Shown: positions 47,665-60,900 of the stretch, piece after piece
How the letters are laid out: every line of letters begins with the position of its first letter
How positions within the stretch are numbered: the stretch's first letter is position 1
Assembly (NCBI RefSeq): GCF_032444005.1
Contig: NC_091284.1
Location: forward strand, 552,606,001 to 552,670,000
From: Ranitomeya imitator
Lineage: Eukaryota
DNA length: 64,000 nucleotides
Direction: 5' to 3'
Notes under the pieces: model-generated
What the model was told of the DNA's origin: nothing
Database searches by the model: none
What the model saw: only the letters and a program-made list of their open reading frames with translations
Made by a program: the position numbers and the translations under genes

Positions 47665-48766
47665 TACAGTGGGTACAGAAATTATTCAGATCACTTTAAA
47701 TTTTTCACTCTTTGTTTCATTGCAGCCATTTGGCAAATTCAAAAAAGTTCATTTTTTCCCATTAATGTACACTCTGAACCCCATCTTGACTGAAAAAAAC
47801 AGAAATGTAGTAATTTTTGCATATTTATTAAAAAAGAAAAACTGAAATATCACATGGTTATAAGTATTCAGACCCTTTGCTCAGTATTGAGTAGAAGCAC
47901 CTTTTGAGCTAGTACAGTCATGAGTCTTCTTGGGAATGATGCAACAAGTTTTTCAAACCTGGATTTGTGGATCCTCTGCCATTCTTCGTTGCAGAATCTC
48001 TCCAGTTCTGTCAGGTTGCATGGTGAATGTTGGTGGACAGCCATTTCCAGGTCTCTCCAGAGATGCTCAATTGGGTTTAGGTCAGGGCTCTGGCTGGGCC
48101 AGTCATGAATGGTCACAGAGTTGTTCTGAAGCCATTCCCTTTTTATTTTAGCTGTGTGCTTAGGGTCATTGTCTTGTCGGAAGGTGAACCTTCGGAAAAG
48201 TCTGAGGTTCAGATTACTCTGGAAGAGGTTTTCATCCAGGATGTCTCTGTACTTGGCCACATTCATGTTTCCTTCAATGACAACCAGTCATTCTGTCACT
48301 GCAGCTGAAGAACACACCCATAGCATGATGCTGCCACCATCATGTTTCACTGTTGGCATTGTATTGAGCGGGTAATGAGCCGTACCTGATTTTCTCCACA
48401 CATACCACTTAGAATTATCACCAAAAAGGTCTGTCTTCATCTCTTCAGACCAGAGAATCTTATTTCTCATAGTCTTGGAGTCCTTCATGTGCCTTTTAAC
48501 AATCTATGCAGGCTTTCATATGTCTTGCACTGAGGAGAGGTTTCCGTTGAGCCACTCTGCCATAAAGGTCCAATTGGTGGAGAGCTGAAGTTAGTTGACT
48601 TTGTGGAACTTTCTCCTATCTTCCTATTGCATCTCTGAGGCTCAGCCACATTTATCTTGGGGTTCTTCTTTACCTCTCTCACCAAGGCTCTTCTCCCACG
48701 ATTGCTCAGCTTGGCAGGATGGCCAGGTCTAGGAAGACTTCTGGTGGTCCCAAATTTCTTCCATCT

Positions 48767-50047
48767 GACCTTGGACGGGATAGTACGTCCAAGGTCAGAT
48801 CCCCTGCTTTGATGCAGGGCTCCGCGGTGAGCCCGCACCAAAGCCGGGACATGTCAGCTGTTTTGAACAGCTGACATGTGCCCGTAATAGGCGTGGGCAG
48901 AATCGCCATCTGCCCGCACCTATTAACTAGTTAAATGCCGCTGTCAAACGCAGACAGCGGCATTTAACTAAAGCTTCCGGCCGGGCGGCCGGAAATGACG
49001 TAATCGCCGACCCCCATCACATGATCGGGGGTCGGCGATGCGTCTCCATAGTAACCATAGAGGTCCTTGAGACCTCTATGGTTACTGATCGCTGGTGGCT
49101 GTGAGCGCTACCCTGTGGTCGGCGCTCACAGCACACCTGCATTTCTGCTACATAGCAGCGATCAGCAGATCGCTGCTATGTAGCAGAGGCGATCGAGTTG
49201 TGCCTGCTTCTAGCCTCCCATGGAGGCTATTGAAGCATGGCAAAAGTGAAAAAAAAAGTTTAAAAAAATGTTAAAAAAATAAAAAGAATATAAAAGTTTA
49301 AATCACCCCCCTTTCAAATCAAAATCAAATCAAAATAAATCAATAAAAAAATATCAAATCTACACATATTTGGTATCGCGGCGCTCAGAATCGCCCGATC
49401 TATCAATTAAAAAAAAGCATTAACCTGATCGCTAAACAGCGTAGCGGGAAAAAAATTCGAAACACCAGAATTACGTTTTTTTGGTCGCCACGACATTGCA
49501 TTAAAATGCAATAACGGGTGATCAAAAGAACGTATCTGCACCGAAATGCTATCATTAAAAATATAATCTCGGCACGCAAAAAATAAGCTCTCAACCGACC
49601 CCAGATCACGAAAAATGGAGACGCTACGAGTATCGGAAAATGGCGCAATTTTTTTTTAATTTTTTTTTTAGCAAAGTTTGGAATTTTTTTTCACCACTTA
49701 GATAAAAAATAACCTAGTCATTTTAGGTGTCTACGAACTCGTACTGACCTGGAGAATCATAATGTCAGGTCATTTTTAGCATTTAATGAACCTAGCAAAA
49801 AAGCCAAACAAAAAACAAGTGTGGGACTGCACTTTTTTTGCAATTTCACCGCACTTGGAATTTTTTTCCCATTTTCTAGTACACGACATGCTAAAACCAA
49901 TGATGTCTTTCAAAAGTAAAACTCGTCCCGTAAAAATAAGCCCTCACATGGCCAAATTGACGGAAAAATAAAAAAGTTATGGCTCTGGGAAGGAGGGGAG
50001 TGAAAAACGAACACGGAAAAACGAAAAATCCCATGGTCATGAAGGGG
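48767..50047. mobile_element. 1.28-kb piggyBac-like non-autonomous element inside the Tc1 transposase
   Basis: Right end GGTCATGAAGGGG-TTAA identical to that at 13392; left TIR lacks about 12 bp; Tc1 sequence resumes at 50052. Confidence 0.85.
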
Positions 50048-50262
50048 TTAAGGATTATGGAGGCCACCGTGCTCTCAGGAGCTTTGAGTGCTGAAGAAAT
50101 TCCCGTGTAACCTTGGCCAGATCTGTGCCTTGCCACAATTGTCTGAGCTCTTTGGCCAGTTCCTTTGACCTCATGATTCTCATTTGGTCTGATATGCACT
50201 GTGACCTGTGAGGTCTTATATGGCAGATGTGTGCCTTTCCAAATCAAGTCTTATGAGTTTAA

Positions 50263-51222
50263 CTAGATGGAGGCCCGATGCTTTCACATCGGGAGGGCGG
50301 TAATGTCACGATGGAGGCAGGCTTTGCAGCATTGAGAATCTCTCCCCCATGTGCTAACTTACCTATCCACTCTCTATTTCCTCATGTGCTGACTTAAAAA
50401 TTGTCTATGTCTGACCGTGTACAGAACATACCACAGCTCCTGGGCAGGGGAGGAAGCAAAAGCAATACTTGACATTACAGCAGAAGATCGCAGAGGATAC
50501 ATTTTGTGAGGTAAAATATTGTTTAAGTATTTTACCTGACAAAATAAATCCTCTGTGATCCCCTACTGTAATGTCAGTATGGTCTTTTTCTTCCTCCCCT
50601 GCCAAGGAGATGTGGTATGCTCCGTACACAGTCAGACACAGACAATTTTTAAAATGAACTTTCATTCATGGGAAAGCCTCTTTAATATGACCGGCTTCCT
50701 CTGCCTGTAGACACGTTTCGCATCTGCTGCTGGGATCAGCCAAATGATTCACTGTGTCTGTGCGGAATTCACGCAGGCACAGTAAATCAGACCGCCACCA
50801 TCTTTGTGCAGACAATTAGCGGCGGTCACATTAAAACTGCACATGCCTTCCTCCTGTACAAAGATGGCGGCGGTCAGTGAATCATTCAGCTGATTCCGGC
50901 GGCAGCGTGTGCGTGACGATGTTCTGCTGGTGGTACCACGCAAGAGGCTGCATATGGCATATACAGTGTGTGTCTGTGTGGTGCGTGTGTGGTGTATATG
51001 GCGTATACAGTGTGTATGTGTGTGTGTATGTGTGTGTGGTGCGACGGTGTTCCGATGATGGTACAGCGCAAGAGGCTGGTACCACCAGCAGTTTCCATAT
51101 TGAGACACCCATCACTTGGGTGTCCCAATATGGTGGTCGGTGAATTTCCACCGCTTGGAATTCTGGGATCTGAACACATCTGGATGGAACAGGATGTGAA
51201 GACATTACAAGGTAAGTATATA
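50263..51222 (-). mobile_element. Helitron-like non-autonomous insertion in the Tc1
   Basis: On the minus strand a 7-bp-stem hairpin (CCCGATG/CATCGGG, 50274-50293) lies 7 nt before a terminal CTAG (50263-50266); A|T insertion site, no TSD; internal TG-rich repeat. A 5' TC is not evident. Confidence 0.6.
50395..50651. repeat. Degraded inverted repeat (MITE remnant, T2-like)
   Basis: TTAAAAATTGTCTATGTCTGACCGTGTAC... mirrored by ...GTACACAGTCAGACACAGACAATTTTTAA; CCTCTTTAA terminus nearby at ~50678-50686. Confidence 0.6.
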
Positions 51223-51505
51223 TTAACATGGCAGGCCTCCAATGAATGAGTAGAACTATCTCAAGGAGGATTACAAGGAAATAGCATGTGACCTAAATAT
51301 GAGTGTCTGAGCAAAGAGTCTGAATACTTATAACCATGTGATATTTCAGTTTTTCTTTTTCATTAAATTTGCAAACATTTCTACATTTTTTTTCAGTCAA
51401 GATGGGGTGCAGAGTGTACATTAATGTGAAAAAAATGAACTGTTTTGAATTTACCAAATGGCTGCAATGAAGCAAAGAGTGAAAAAATTTTCCGTACCCA
51501 CTCTA

Positions 51506-52927
51506 TATGAAGAATTGGTTTTATTTGTTTACGCCGTTCCTCATGCAGTTAAGTGATTAGGTGATTTTATTCTTCAGATTTGTGCGATCAAAGCGATACC
51601 ACATTTATATCAAGTTTTTATGCTTGGCTGTTGTCACACACTAAAAGACGCTTTTTATTGCGAACACTAGTTTTTGCATCACCATATTTTGAGAGCTATA
51701 ATTTTTCCATATTTTAGTCGACAGTCATGTTATGCCTTGCTTTTTGTGGGACGAGCTGAAATTTTTATTGATACCATTTCAGGCACATGACATTGTTTGA
51801 TCACTTTCTAGTCCGATTTTTGGGAGACAGAATGAACAAAATCCAGCAATTCAGGATTTTATTTTATTTTTTTAAACCGTTCCGCATGTGGTAAAATTGG
51901 TAAGGCAGCTTTATTCTCCGGGTCAGTACGATTACATTGATACCCAATTGGTATTGTTTTTTATGCTTTGGTGCTTTTACCCAATAAAAACTATTTTACA
52001 GCAAAAATTATTATGTTTACATCGCTTTATTCTGAGAGCTATAACTTTTTTATTTTTCCGCTGAAACTTTTTTATTTTTCTGCTGATGTAGCTGTATGAT
52101 GGCTTGTTTTTTGTGGGACAAAATGACGTTTTCAGCGGTAACATTTTTATTTACTTTCGTCTTTTTTATCGCTTTTTTTGCACTTTTTGTTCACTGGTAT
52201 GATGATACAGCATTGTTTTTTGCCTCATTTTTTATTTTATTTTTACAATGTTCATTGAAGGGATTAACTAGTGGTACAGTTTTATAGAGCGGGTCGTTAC
52301 CGATGCGGCTTTACCAAATGTGTGTACTTTTATGGTTTTTTTACATAAATGTATTTACTGGAATAATATTTTTTTCTTTTTTTTCTTTATTTTGGAATTT
52401 AAAAAAAATATATTTTTACACTTTAATTTTTTTTTAACTTTTTTACATTATCCCATCCTTGGACATCACTGTACGGTGTCCGATCGCTGATCTGATACTC
52501 TGCACTGCAGAGTATCACTGCGGACTATCACATCAGCATCTGACAGGCAGGGAAGAAGGCATGTCAGCACCTGCTCTCAGCAGACGCTGATAAGCCACCT
52601 TCCCTGCAGGACCCCGCGTCCATCTTGCAGTTGGTAATCTCCATGCAGACCATCAGGACACCACGTTCGCATCACGTTGTCCTGAGGGAAGCGTACAGGA
52701 AACTCATTCCCTGCACGATTCTTGTCTATGTCAATATCACTACTGATAGGGACATCAGAGGGGTTAAATGCCCTCGACTGGTGCTAGCACCGATAGTAGT
52801 CATTGCTGCTGGGGGTCAGCTCCCACACACAGATCTGACACCCACACGAGATCACCGCAGCTCTCAGTGTGAGGCCGCGCGATCGTGCTGCTGCACATGT
52901 ACTCGCAGAGCACATGTCTGGAGGGGC
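51506..52927. mobile_element. piggyBac-like non-autonomous sequence, right of the Tc1
   Basis: Inverse of 46900-47664 blocks; ends GAGGGGC-TTAA (52928-52931). Confidence 0.55.
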
Positions 52928-53199
52928 TTAAAGGAAAGATCAACATCTTTAGAAAGATGGCTAAGAAAGTCCAGTATTCCCCAAAAAATTTTGGGATGTA
53001 GAATGGTACCAGGTTAGACCTCTCGCAGGTCCAGGTTTAGTAAATATCCTAGACAGAGCATCAACCTTGCCATTTCTTGACTCAGGCCAATAAAAAGTTG
53101 TAAAATTAAACCTGGAGAAAAATAGGGCCCAACATGCTTATCTTGCAGACAACTTATTAGTTGTACTGATGATATCTACATTTTTGTGGTCAGTAAGGA

Positions 53200-53690
53200 C
53201 AGTCACCGGATGATATAGTATATAGTATAATACATTCATCATAGTCCTCCATATAGTATAATGCACCCCAAAGTCCTCTATATAATATACTGCACAGTTC
53301 ATAGTCATCCATATAGTATAATACACTCGCCATAGTTCTCCATATAGTATAATACTCACCATATTCCTCCATATAGTATAATAGACTCCTCCTAGACCTC
53401 CATATAGTATAATACACCCCCCACAGTCCTCTATACAGTATAATTGACTCCCCATAGTCCTCCATATAGGATAATAGACTCCCCATAGAGTATAATACAC
53501 TTCCCATAGTCCACCATAGAGTATACTACACTCCCCATAGTTCTCCATAGAGTATAATGCAGTCCCCACATAGAATATAATTCTGACCTCATATAGTATA
53601 ACGCAACCCCACATAGAATATAATTCAGCCCCCCATAGAGTATAATGCAGTCGCTCAGAGATTATAATTCAGTCCTACAGTATTATGGCC
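53200..53690. repeat. ~27-bp minisatellite (CCATATAGTATAAT core)
   Basis: About 17 degenerate units; abuts a ~70-bp minus-strand Gypsy RNase H scrap (VLTDHKN) on the left and the gap on the right. Confidence 0.88.
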
Positions 53691-53696
53691 ACCATG

Positions 53697-53856
53697 NNNN
53701 NNNNNNNNNNNNNNNNNNNNNNNNNNNNNNNNNNNNNNNNNNNNNNNNNNNNNNNNNNNNNNNNNNNNNNNNNNNNNNNNNNNNNNNNNNNNNNNNNNNN
53801 NNNNNNNNNNNNNNNNNNNNNNNNNNNNNNNNNNNNNNNNNNNNNNNNNNNNNNNN
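53697..53856. other. Assembly gap (160 N)
   Basis: Run of N. Confidence 1.
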
Positions 53857-55493
53857 TTTGGGCACCCCTCTTAATCTTAAGCTTAATATTTTATAAAAAT
53901 TGTTTTTTTGGCAACAGCTATTTCAGTTTCATATATCTAATAACTGTTGGACACAGTAATGTTTCTGCCTTGAAATGAGGTTTATTGTACTAATAGAAAA
54001 TGTGCAATCTGCATTTAAACAAAATTTGACAGGTGCATAAGTATGGGCACCCTTATCATTTTCTTGTTTTAAATACTACTACCTACTTTTTACTGACTTA
54101 CTAAAGCACTTTTTTTGGTTTTCTAACCTCATTGAGCTTTGAACTTCATAGCCAGGTGTATGCAATCATGAAAAAAGCTACTTAAAGTGGTCACTTGCAA
54201 GTTGTTCTCCTGTTTGAATCTCCTCTGAAGAGTGGCATCATGGCCTCCTCAAAACAACTGTCTAATGATATGAAAACAAAGATTATTTAACATAGTTGTT
54301 CAGGGGAAGGATACAAAAAGCTGTCTCAGAGATTTAACATGTCAATTTCCACTGTGAGGAACATAGTAAGAAAATGGAAGAACACAGGTACAGTTCTTGT
54401 TAAGGCCAGAAGTGGCAGGCCAAGAAGAACATCAGAAAGGCAGAGAAAAAGAATGATGAGATTAGTCAAGGACATTCCTCAGACCACCTCCAGAGAGCTG
54501 CAGCACCAACTTGCTGCAGATGGTGTCACTGTGCATCGGTCAACTATACAAGGCACTTTGCACAAGGAGAAGCTGTATGGGAGAGTGATGCGAAAGAAGC
54601 CGTTTCTGCAAGCACGCCACATACCGAGTCGGCTGAGGTATGCAAAAGCACATTTGGAGAAGCCAATTTCTTTTTGGAAGAAGGTCCTGTGGACTGATGA
54701 AACCAAGATTGAGTTGTTTGGTCATACAAAAAGGCGTTATGCATGGCGGCCAAAAAACACAGCATTCCAAGAAAAACACTTGCTACCCACAGTAACATTT
54801 GGTGGAGGTTCCATCATGCTTTGGGGCTTTGTGGCCAATGCCGGCACCGGGAATCTTGTTAAAGTTGAGGGACGCATGGATTCCTCTCAGTATCAACAGA
54901 TTCATGACAGTAATGTTCATGAATCAGTGACAAAGTTGAAGTTACGCAGGGGATGAATCTTTCAGCAAGACAATGATCCAAAACACCGCTCTAAATCTAC
55001 TCAGGCATTCATGCAGAGGAACAATTACACTGTTCTGGAATGGCCATCCCAGTCCCCAGACCTGAATATCATTGAACATCTGTGAGATCATTTGAAGAGG
55101 GCTGTCCATGCTCGGAGACCATCAAACTTAACTGAACTGGAATTGTTTTGTAAAGAGGAATGATCAAAAATACCTTCATCCAGGATCCAGGAACTCATTA
55201 AAAGCTACAGGAAGCGACTAGAGGCTGTTATTTTTGCAAAAGGAGGATCTACTAAATATTAATATCACTTTTCTGGTGGGGTGCCCATACTTATGCACCT
55301 GTCAACTTTTGTTTGAATGCAGATTGCACATTTTCTGTTAGTACAATAAGCCTCATTTCAAGGCAGAAACATTACTGTGTCCAACAGTTATTAGATATAT
55401 GAAACTGAAATAGCTGTTGCAAAAATAACAATTTTTTTTATAAAACATTAAGCTTAAGATTAATAGGGGTGCCCAAACTTTTTCATATAACTG
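53857..55493 (+). mobile_element. Near full-length Tc1 transposon (IR/DR type); left tip lies in the gap
   Basis: ~220-bp TIRs each with two GGGCACCC-containing repeats; right end ...CATATAACTG-TA. Confidence 0.93.
54240..55262 (+). pseudogene. Tc1 DD34E transposase pseudogene (341 codons, 4 in-frame stops, no frameshift seen)
   Basis: WTDETK, QDNDPKH and WPSQSPDLNIIE motifs with 34 residues between the second D and E; HTH-type N-terminus. Confidence 0.93.
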
Positions 55494-55659
55494 TATATAT
55501 ATATATCCGTTCGCATTCATTTCTGCTGGTTCCAGTGCAGTCAGACTTGCAGTCAGGTGACAACTAGTGTCCTCTATGTCAGTGAATAGAACACTACAGA
55601 CATGGATGACACTCTATTTGGCACATGACGGCAAGTGTGCAAAGCGCTTCCTCGTGTTT

Positions 55660-56235
55660 ATGCGATATTACATAACCACGATATGTCTGGTATCTGCTCT
55701 ACATATACTGTACATACATATACCGTACATACACAGACATATACCTTACGTGCATACACACATATACCATACATACACAGATACAGTTTTATACACATAT
55801 AGTACACACATACCGTACATACATATACCATACATACACCCAAATACACATACATATACCGTACATACATACATATACCGTACATGCATACACACATATA
55901 CCGTACATACATACAGATACACATACACGTACCGTACATACACACATACAGTATATGCACAGTATACACATACTGTACACACATATACTGTATGTACATG
56001 CACATAAACATACACATATCCATACAAATTTATTGCACATACAAAGATACACACATATACTAAGCATGCATACACACATAGACATACACATATACTGTAC
56101 ATGCATACACACAGCCATACAAATATACCGTGCATACATACACAGATATACACACAGATTGAAACATACACATAGATACACACAGATGCACACATATATA
56201 CATACACATACAAGCACATATATACACACATACTA
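55660..56235. repeat. CA/TA-rich compound microsatellite
   Basis: CATACATATACCGTACATAC-type degenerate repeats. Confidence 0.9.
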
Positions 56236-56889
56236 ATCTTGTATAGGTGATCAGATGAGCCCTGGAGGAGGTCAGTTCAGCAGGAAAGGGCTGCAGAACC
56301 CACTGTGGGGAAAGGGGACACAGAGCAGACAGGACAGATATCATGCCCCCTTGTGCGGCTGTGTTGTCCCGTGCAGTGAGCTCCTCCCCCATCTCTTCAC
56401 AGTGAGGAGATGCTGCAGCCTGCTCCAAATAGAAGAGTGGAGGAAGCAGAAGACACAATGTAAGTCCTGCTCTTAATCCTATGCTGTCCCTGTGTGCTGT
56501 GCGCCCCAGGCCCCTGACTGTAAGTGAGTACTCACCATTGGGATGCGCCATGCATGAGGACAGCAGCCAGTGAGCGCTCTCCTCAGTCTGGTCACGGTAA
56601 GGTGAGGAAAGCATTCATTGGCCAGCGTCTCTCCCTGCATGACATGCCCCCCTTTTTATCTCTGGCACTTCGCACCCCGCTCTCTCCCTGGCACTGGGTG
56701 TTCCATGATTACAGGAGGGAGTGAGAGGGGCCCAATCCTGCATGATACCGGGTCTGCCTGCAGGGACCCTCTCCACCTCTGGGCCCTGGAGCAGTGCCAT
56801 CAGCAGTATGTCCTCCCCTGGCTGGGGGCCCCTAGGGCAGCGGGGCCCTAGGCAGCTGCCTAGTCTGCCTGCCCCTAACGCCAGCCCTG
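56236..56889. mobile_element. GC-rich non-autonomous DNA transposon end (Harbinger- or hAT-like)
   Basis: Ends ...GGGCCCTAGGCAGCTGCCTAG...TAACGCCAGCCCTG, resembling CAGGGCYGG-type termini; partner end not found. Confidence 0.4.
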
Positions 56890-57039
56890 TATAAGAACAA
56901 GGAGGCATTTGATCATCTTCTTACTACAGAACTGCTGGTACTGAGGTAGTAGTTGATCATCACTCTGATGAGAAATCCTGGATACTTTAATTTGTTTGTA
57001 AACACAGAAGGGTTGTGGATTAAAAAACAGAGAATTCCT

Positions 57040-57330
57040 AGAATAACTGGAAATTTTGGAGATTAAATAAGATGAAAACTAACTGCTTCATGATGATTTG
57101 CTTCAATACAAACTTCAAATTCAATTGTCTCGTGAGTAGCAGATTCAGATGATAAACATGATCCATCCACAATTTCCATATCGATTGGCAGGGATTTAGT
57201 CCTACTTGCAATGTTACCATCAAGATCATCAAGTGTGAATTGTAAGTCCATGAAATTTCCTCCTGCTCCAGAATATAACATGGCAGAGCATTGCAATTTT
57301 TTGCTCCCAATTATGACCTGCATGGGAATG
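57040..57330 (-). pseudogene. Isolated Gypsy aspartic protease fragment
   Basis: AMLYSGAGGNFMD (DSGA-type motif, D to Y)...IVDGSCLSS...THET. Confidence 0.75.
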
Positions 57331-57379
57331 ACAAAATGAGAAGATGATTATGAACATATGTGGGATATTGGCGCAGAAC

Positions 57380-57870
57380 AGAGCAGTAATCCAAACATTT
57401 CCTACTGCCTGCTACCAAGCACACACCAGGCCATTTTCCCTGCTGTTTTTGGGGTCAAAGCCTGCCTTCTACCATCCATATTAGTCCACTTAAAAAGGCG
57501 TTTAGTGCCCTATGCCAAGCAGTTGTGTAAACATTTCCTACTGCCTGCTACCAAGCAAGCACCAGACCATTTCCCATGCTGTTTTGAGGTTCAGAGCCTG
57601 GCTTCTGCTGTCCACATTAGTCCACTAGAAAAGGAGCTATGTGCCCTACGCAAAGCAGTAGTCCAAACATTTCCTACTGCCTGCTATCAAGCGTGCACCA
57701 GGCCATTTTCACTGCTGTTTTGGGGGTCAGAGCCTGCCTTCTCCTGTCCAAATTTGTACACTTAAAAATGCGGTTAGTGCCCTACGCAAGCAGTAGTCCA
57801 AACATTTCCTATTACCTGCTTCTAAGCACACACCAGGCCATTTTCCCCACTATTGTGGCTGTGACAACTA
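57380..57870. repeat. ~135-bp tandem repeat, ~3.6 copies
   Basis: AAACATTTCCTACTGCCTGCTACCAAGC recurs at about 57393, 57529, 57666, 57800. Confidence 0.88.
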
Positions 57871-57918
57871 GCTTTGCTTGTGCCATCAACATCTGATAAT
57901 CTGTGATCAAAACCCAAA

Positions 57919-60900
57919 ATGCCAATAAAGCCTGTTGTTAAGGGACATGGACGTAGACGTGGTGTTGTCAGTGGTGCGTGAAAAGGCACTGAGTCTGTGT
58001 CAGGTCAGAAGAATTTTCATGCATCCACTATGTTCCTGGAACTATTTCCTGGTCTGGAACGCAAACATGTGGAAGCCAGAAGAGCAAGAGCAGATTTTTT
58101 CTTGAATACCAGACAAGGCCTCTAAGCATTTGTCAAGCAGCAACAAATTTTCCACGACCACACAGTCTACTGTCGATACACAGAAGGCTGGCCCATCCAA
58201 TCCTGAAGCTGGTTCTCCTTCCTCCTGCCATTCTCAGTCACAGTAGACATATGACCCCAAGCTTGGCCACTCCGAGAATCTGTTTGCTATGTATCCTTTG
58301 GTTGGCTCTGGCCTATCATTGTGCAGCATTGAAGAGGGACATGAGGAGGTGGCGTGCATTGATGCTAAAGTATTTGAGGTCCTACAGCCAGAAGAAAGCT
58401 ACTTGGAGGAACGTTATTTACTGTCTCCAGAGGTGGAGGCTGATGATGATGAGACACAGTTGACATCAGGTCAGCCAACAATGTCAACTGGGAAGGAGGA
58501 TGAGATGGAAGATGAGATGGTCATTGATGAGTCCACTGATCCGACCTGGACCTTTGGCACGCACAGCCATCGCAGCAACACAGAGGAAGATGGATATGTA
58601 ACACCAACACAGGCACCACAGAGTTGTGGTTTGCCCAGAGTGAGAACTGGGTCAACTTTTTCCAAGAGCACCCCTGCTGTGCGCCAAGTCAGGGCAAGAG
58701 GGTGTTCAGCCGCTGTGTGGAATTTTTTTTCTGAAAGTTCTTCAGAGAAAAACATTGCAGCCTGTAGCATCTTCCATACCAAATTGAGCAGAGGCCAGGT
58801 CAAATGCAACCTGAGCACTACCGGTATGCGAAACCACATGGCAATCAAGTGCCCCAGTAGGTGGGTGGAACACCAGGGTACCAAATGGGGGTCAAACCAC
58901 TGCCATGTCACCTGGGCTATGTCTTTCAGAAAGTGCTGCTCAGGAAGGAGGCGATCATACGTCCTGCCCACAAACTGCGGTTGCTCATACACAAGAAACA
59001 TCAGCCACATCCACTTCCTTGTCCCAGCGAAGCATCCAATTGTCCATGCCTGAGATTTTGGAAAGAAAGCGTAAATACTCAGCCACGCACCCACAGGCAC
59101 AAATACTAAACTCGCACATTGTCAAATTGCTAGCTGTGGAGATGTTGCCTTTTCGACTTTTGGGAACACAGTCTTTCTGTGAGCTCTTGACCACGATACA
59201 GTGTTACCAGCCGCCACTACTTTGCCCAGTGTGCCGTTCCTGTATTACACAAGCACATGCTAAACAATCTGAACCATGCTCTCACCAGTGCCATAACAGG
59301 GAAGGTCCACCTAACAAGAGACACCTGGACAAGTTGTTGTGGACAAGGACTATACATTTCTGTCACGGCACACTGAATGAAACTGGTAGAGGGTAGGAAA
59401 AATGCGCATACTGGAACATCACACATCCTACCCACGGCAAGAATAGCGGACCCAACTTCTGTCAGTGTTTCCATCTTTTCATAGTCCACTTCCTCTCTCT
59501 CCTCCTCATCTGCTGAAGTACCCTCCCCATCACTGCCAAGATGTGACCTTTGAAGCAGTGCATTGGCAAAGCGGCAACACGCTCTGCTGAAGCTGATCTG
59601 TTTAGGTCATAAACCACACACTGCAGCACAGCTGTGGCAAGCTTTAAAACAGCAGACCGATCAGTGGCTTTCTCCACTGCACCTCCAACCCAATGGTCAT
59701 CTGCGTTAATGGGTGTAACCTGATGGTGGCTTTAAAGGTTGGCACGCTCGTACACGTGCCATGGATAGCTTATATGCTGAACCTAGTTGTTCAGAAATTT
59801 CTGAAAAGTTACCCTACCTTGCTGTACCTACTTGAAAAGGTGCGCCATATTAGTGATCATTTCCACCATTCCTCTACCACTTTTGCTCGTCTTACAGTGC
59901 TACAAAAGCGCTTGAATTTGCCAAGTCACAGACTCAATTGTGACCTGCCCACGCGTTGGAACTGAACCTATCATATGTTGGCAAGGATTAGTGAGCAGCA
60001 GAGGGCAGTAGCTGAATACCAGCTTCAACATGCCCGTTGAAGCTGGGAGTTGAGAGTCAGCCAACACACATAACAACTGTCAGGTGGGTGGGGATCGCCA
60101 ATATTTGTGAGGTTCTCGAGAACTTTGAGTTCTGCACCAAGCTTGTGAGCGGTGATCAGGCTATTATCAGTATAACCATCCTGCTACTGTGCCTCTTGAA
60201 ACAATCAGTGCATAATCTCAAAGTGGAAACTTTGAGTGCCCAGCATATTGGTGTCGAGCGAGAATTCACAATGAGTGATACTACCCAGCCCAGCCAATAT
60301 TCTGAGGCAACATTGGGTGTTGAGGGGAAGATGAGAACGATGAGGAGGGAAAATTTATTTTTTTTCTGTGCTACCAAGGAGACTGTTAATGCTACAGAGG
60401 GGACACCCAACCCAAGTTTCATGTCTGTGCAGCCTGGATGAGCTGGAGAGGAGGAGGAGGCAAGTAAGCGTGAGGAGAGGATGGGTATTGTTCCTACTGT
60501 AGGGGACACAGAACATGTGCCTTTTTGCAGCTTGGCTCACATGGCACCTTTCATGTGTAAGTGTCTTTGGCAAGGCCCTTGTATGATACACATTTTATCC
60601 AACAACCAATACTGGTTGGCTACCTTTCTTGATCCATGGTACAAGGAGAAATGTACTTCTCTCCTTTTAGAGTCACAAAAGAGTTTTACAATAAAATTGT
60701 TCAAGAGGGTCGTTGTAGATCAGTTGATGAAAACATCACCCTCAGACAATGTTGGTGGCGGAGGTAACAGCTGTTTTCAACACCAAGGGATAATGGGGAG
60801 AGACTCGAACACCAGATTCAACAGAGGCAGACATACTTATAGGGATTCTAGATTGTGAGCCCCATCGGGGACAGTGATGATAATGTGTGCAAAAACTGTA

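Larger units (their letters stand above)
47667..51503 (-). mobile_element. Tc1-family transposon with nested insertions
   Basis: TA-CAGTGGGTAC ... GTACCCACTC-TA; ~200-bp TIRs; decayed transposase with QDNDPKH and WPSQSPDLNPIE motifs (47868-48266), interrupted at 48767 and 50263. Confidence 0.9.

Noticed and set aside
53645-53978. ORFs spanning the N run
   Set aside because: Artefacts of the assembly gap.
55567-56236. Long Cys/Val/Tyr/Met- or His/Thr-rich ORFs (also 53138-53614, 50749-51249, 9602-11324)
   Set aside because: Translations of micro- and minisatellites.
58289-59396. BED-finger ORFs as a possible domesticated ZBED-like host gene
   Set aside because: Stops and frameshifts throughout, a LINE tail inserted, and a transposon terminus retained at 62368.
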